64,000 nucleotides of DNA from Phoronis australis (Eukaryota; Animalia; Phoronida): contig NMRA01000362.1 of NCBI GenBank assembly GCA_002633005.1, positions 394,968-458,967 of the forward strand, written 5' to 3'. The position numbers and the translations under genes were made by a program. The notes below the pieces were generated by a model. It made no database searches, was not told the origin of the DNA, and saw only the letters and a program-made list of their open reading frames with translations. Positions 62,504 to 64,000 of the stretch are shown here, one piece after another. Each line of letters starts with the position of its first letter. Position 1 is the first letter of the stretch.

Positions 62504-62714
62504 AACAACAGCAATGCGGAGCATTGAAATGCGCCCACGTATGCACCAAAAACGGTGCTGTTTAGGGTGTTTATTTGGAAATAAAAATGACCACGAGATG
62601 GTGCAAACTACGTCAAATCCATTCGAAAACTGGTATGTGTCATGAACGCTATTTACCAAATTTCATAATAATACATCAAGGAATTTCTGAGAAACCGAGG
62701 AAAGCAAAAAAGTG

Positions 62715-63875
62715 AAATTGCCACTAAAAGGCTATAGGCGCAAAAACATTCCTGCCGCAGTAGATGAAGTCATCAGAAAATCATCGTCAGACTTCCTCTT
62801 CACATTAGGAACATACATGCCATTTTCCACAACCATCCTTAGAGTGGTTTGTTAACAGTTTGGCAGACTAGAAAACAGTAAAAATGGCCACTAGGTGGTG
62901 CAAAATACAACAAATCAAACCAAAATCCACAGGATTGGGTCAACATACTATTAGATACCTTGATGCCAAATTTCATGAAAATCCGTTGAGAACCTTTGAA
63001 GATACAGAGAACAAATTAAAAAATTAAAATTGCCACTATGGGGCACACTGGCAGTCCAATCCATCCGAAAGTTGTCGTCGTATGTCGTCAAGTTCATATA
63101 AATAACCCTGCCAACTTTAATAAAGATCCTACACACGGTTTAGGAGATACAGCCATGGGGGTAAAAAACTGCCACTAGGACGCGCCACAGTTGCAGATTT
63201 TTGAAAAATCATCAGCCCTCCTCTTCACATTAGGAACACTCATGCCTTTTTCCAAAATCATCCTTAAAATGGTTTGGTTGAGGGAGGGGCGGATGCCAAA
63301 AAAGGACTTGAAAACAAAAAAAGGACTTGAAAAGAGAAAGCCACTAGGAGGGGCAAAATGTCTCGCATTAAAATCGAAAACCAGACTAACTACACTAATA
63401 GATGCCTATCTACCAAATTTTTACTAAAAATCTATTGATGACCTTTGAAGATGGAGTGGAAAAAACTTTAAAAACCTGAAATTCCACTTGAGGGCACACC
63501 AGTAGTCCGATCCATCTCAAAGTCGTCGTCCTCTGTTGCCAACCTCATATAAAGACACCACAAAATTCAATAAAGATTTTGTAGCACATTTAGGAGATAC
63601 AGCCATTGGCGCACAAACAAACAAAACTGCCACTAAGAGATGACACAGTAGTCGAAGTCGTCGAAAATCATCGTCAGCCGCCCTCTTCACGGTAAAAAAT
63701 ATATGCCAATTTTATATATCATCACTAAATCGGTTTGGGTGACAGTAGTGCGGAGGCCAAAAGACTCCAAAACAGTAAAAATGGCCACTTAGTGGCGCAA
63801 AGTACCATCAATCTGTCCAAAAATGGGAGAAAGCTATCATCTCACCAACAGATGCCTAATTGCCAAAATAAAAGC
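62715..63875. repeat. Degenerate higher-order tandem array (~150-bp subunits, ~450-bp trimer period)
   Basis: gccact anchors at ~62721, 62887, 63032, 63171, 63340, 63483 (variant), 63629, 63784; ctcttcac recurs at ~62797, 63221, 63684. Confidence 0.8.
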
Positions 63876-64000
63876 ACGAACTTTAAAATTAATGCGTAAG
63901 TAAATAACGACATTTTTATCCAATGTTTCGGTTCATTACTCTAAACCATTGTCAAGGCAACAGTTCACAGATGCAAAACAGGCAACACAGGTAAAGAAGA

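Overview
AT-rich, intron-rich eukaryotic (animal) genomic DNA, probably a marine invertebrate (taxon is inference only). Three spliced protein-coding genes were reconstructed by hand with phase-consistent GT-AG junctions. (1) A + strand class A peptide-type GPCR of the FMRFamide/sex-peptide-receptor-like group (3 coding exons, 6208-17502, ~498 aa). (2) A + strand uncharacterised multi-WD40 protein (19 core exons, 28087-54196, ~786 aa) with candidate cassette and micro-exons in its central linker and one exon duplicated across an assembly N. (3) A - strand, 5'-partial mitochondrial ribosomal protein MRPL40 (57227-61479+), convergent with the WD40 gene. The rest holds decayed retroelements (CR1/L2-type RT, Penelope GIY-YIG, tRNA-SINEs), many MITE/foldback elements, micro/minisatellites and a higher-order tandem array carrying CTCF-like motifs. 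Most ORFs in the supplied track are spurious. I found no clearly new multi-gene system. The best leads are alternative micro-exons, possible GPCR stop-codon readthrough, the CTCF-like repeat array and a fossil P2X7-ballast/KolX-like ORF.
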